Below, in pieces: positions 62,973 through 64,000 of a stretch of DNA of 64,000 nucleotides (within the stretch, counting starts at the first letter, position 1; each line of letters opens with the position of its first letter). This DNA comes from a virus: positions 64,001 to 128,000 of the IMG/VR virus record IMGVR_UViG_3300032308_002010. One strand, written 5' to 3'. A program made the translations under genes and the position numbers. The notes under the pieces are model-generated. The model saw only the letters and a list, made by a program, of their open reading frames with translations, did no database searches and was not told where the DNA came from.

Positions 62973-64000
62973 TTAGATATAAAAGCCCGTAATAATCACT
63001 GTCGCGGAATAGTTATCATAACGTGTACCGGGATCTGTTACCCGCAACACAACGTTTTTAATTCCGCTAACAGTATTTGTGAGCGCGGCTGCCGAGTAAA
63101 GACACAATACGCCGCCGGGTGTGTTTAAACTTGAATTGATTGCAACAGGCGTTGGCATAAGGTTTTGATTGTCTGTTGCGTTATAGACAACAATTGTTGG
63201 CCCGGTTAGAGAAGATCCGCCAAGCGTAGTTTGCGCTGTTTCACACAAAACAAACACAGATGTCAGCACAAATGTACCGCCGGCTGTAGTAAATAATAGC
63301 GCGTCTGCGGTGGCGTTTCCTGATGTTTGTAACGCTACGTTTGATAGTTTCTTAGTGACGAGTGCGCTTAGTGTCGCGCTATACGCTTGTACGTCGGCGC
63401 CAATAACTAATTGCGGCCCTGTCGCTCCGCGTGGGCCTGTCGAACCGGTTGAGCCGGTGGGGCCAGCTATTCCTTGTACGCCTGTCGCGCCGCGTGGGCC
63501 TGTTGCGCCTGTTTGCCCGCGCAGCCCTGTAGCGCCTGTAGGTCCGTTGATACCAATATCACCAGTTGAGCCAACGGGACCAGTAGCGCCAACGTCACCA
63601 GCGGGTCCGGTTGCGCCCGTAGGGCCGATCGGCCCGGTTGAGCCCTGCGGACCAGTTACGCCCATAAGCCCCGAAATACCAGATACGCCAGTTGCGCCCG
63701 CGGGCCCACTAGGACCTGTCGGGCCGGACGCGCCAATAACGCCGGTGGGGCCTATTACACCTGTCGCGCCCGTTGCCCCAGCCGCGCCCGTCGCGCCCGT
63801 TAAACCACTTAAACCAGTTGCACCAAGTGCGCCTGTGACTCCTTGGGTTCCGGTTGGACCTGTAACGCCAGTCGATCCGCTGGGTCCAGTAGCGCCCCCC
63901 GGCCCGATTAAAACACCGATGTTGCGCCATGTTGTACCGGTCCAATATAACCCTGTACCGGTTGTCGCATTTAAGGGCAGCTCTAAAGACGTAAGAGCCC
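62973..64000 (-). CDS. Collagen-like tail fibre protein (5' end beyond window)
   Basis: G-x-T triplet repeats; frame open to the right edge (...[22 protein letters not shown]...). Confidence 0.85.
   Translation of the reverse strand, partial: ALTSLELPLNATTGTGLYWTGTTWRNIGVLIGPGGATGPSGSTGVTGPTGTQGVTGALGATGLSGLTGATGAAGATGATGVIGPTGVIGASGPTGPSGPAGATGVSGISGLMGVTGPQGSTGPIGPTGATGPAGDVGATGPVGSTGDIGINGPTGATGLRGQTGATGPRGATGVQGIAGPTGSTGSTGPRGATGPQLVIGADVQAYSATLSALVTKKLSNVALQTSGNATADALLFTTAGGTFVLTSVFVLCETAQTTLGGSSLTGPTIVVYNATDNQNLMPTPVAINSSLNTPGGVLCLYSAAALTNTVSGIKNVVLRVTDPGTRYDNYSATVIITGFYI

Noticed and set aside
347-63945. Numerous plus-strand ORFs in the track (e.g. 1641..2429, 9659..10201, 23707..24450)
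   Set aside because: They are antisense shadows of well-supported minus-strand genes. Only 43610..43936 and 50963..51457 have credible motifs.
57744-64000. Diversity-generating retroelement target
   Set aside because: No reverse transcriptase, and no near-identical TR/VR pair differing at adenines.
1-64000. Eukaryotic giant-virus origin (RNAP, D11-like helicase, MMP, actin)
   Set aside because: tmRNA, bacterial-type RNAP motifs, SD sequences, coupled operons, holin-like genes and intrinsic terminators indicate a bacteriophage.

Overview
This window is a 64-kb segment of a large tailed-phage genome in the standard genetic code, with almost all genes on the minus strand. The host is probably a planctomycete; this is inferred from protein families and not proven. 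Left arm (1-21.7 kb): tail/decoration genes, then a minimised multisubunit RNA polymerase. It is encoded as a beta + N-terminal-beta' fusion (1467 aa) and a separate C-terminal beta' (626 aa), and both zinc sites are lost. This is followed by a holin-led cassette with two proteases (matrixin, papain-like) and no recognisable muralytic endolysin. Middle (21.7-43.4 kb): an actin-like ATPase with a membrane partner, auxiliary enzymes (dCMP deaminase, ferritin-like, methyltransferase, PhoH, AlkB), an NCLDV-type SF2 helicase, a secreted serine protease, and many Gly/Ala-rich modular proteins punctuated by K-x-A motifs. From 39.3 to 45.7 kb, short transcription units are each opened by a conserved 37-bp promoter-like motif (4 copies) and bracketed by an inverted GATAGCTAAA repeat. 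Right arm: small early genes, tmRNA, six tRNAs (a seventh, Asn, is at 21.7 kb), thymidine kinase, a GT4 glycosyltransferase, a 1740-aa Cys-repeat protein and a collagen-like fibre. One tRNA-Ile appears to carry two anticodon arms. Several intergenic regions hold strongly structured, unassigned ncRNA candidates (22.3, 26.0, 45.0, 45.8, 49.7 and 50.3 kb). All family assignments come from motif recognition by eye; no database searches were run.
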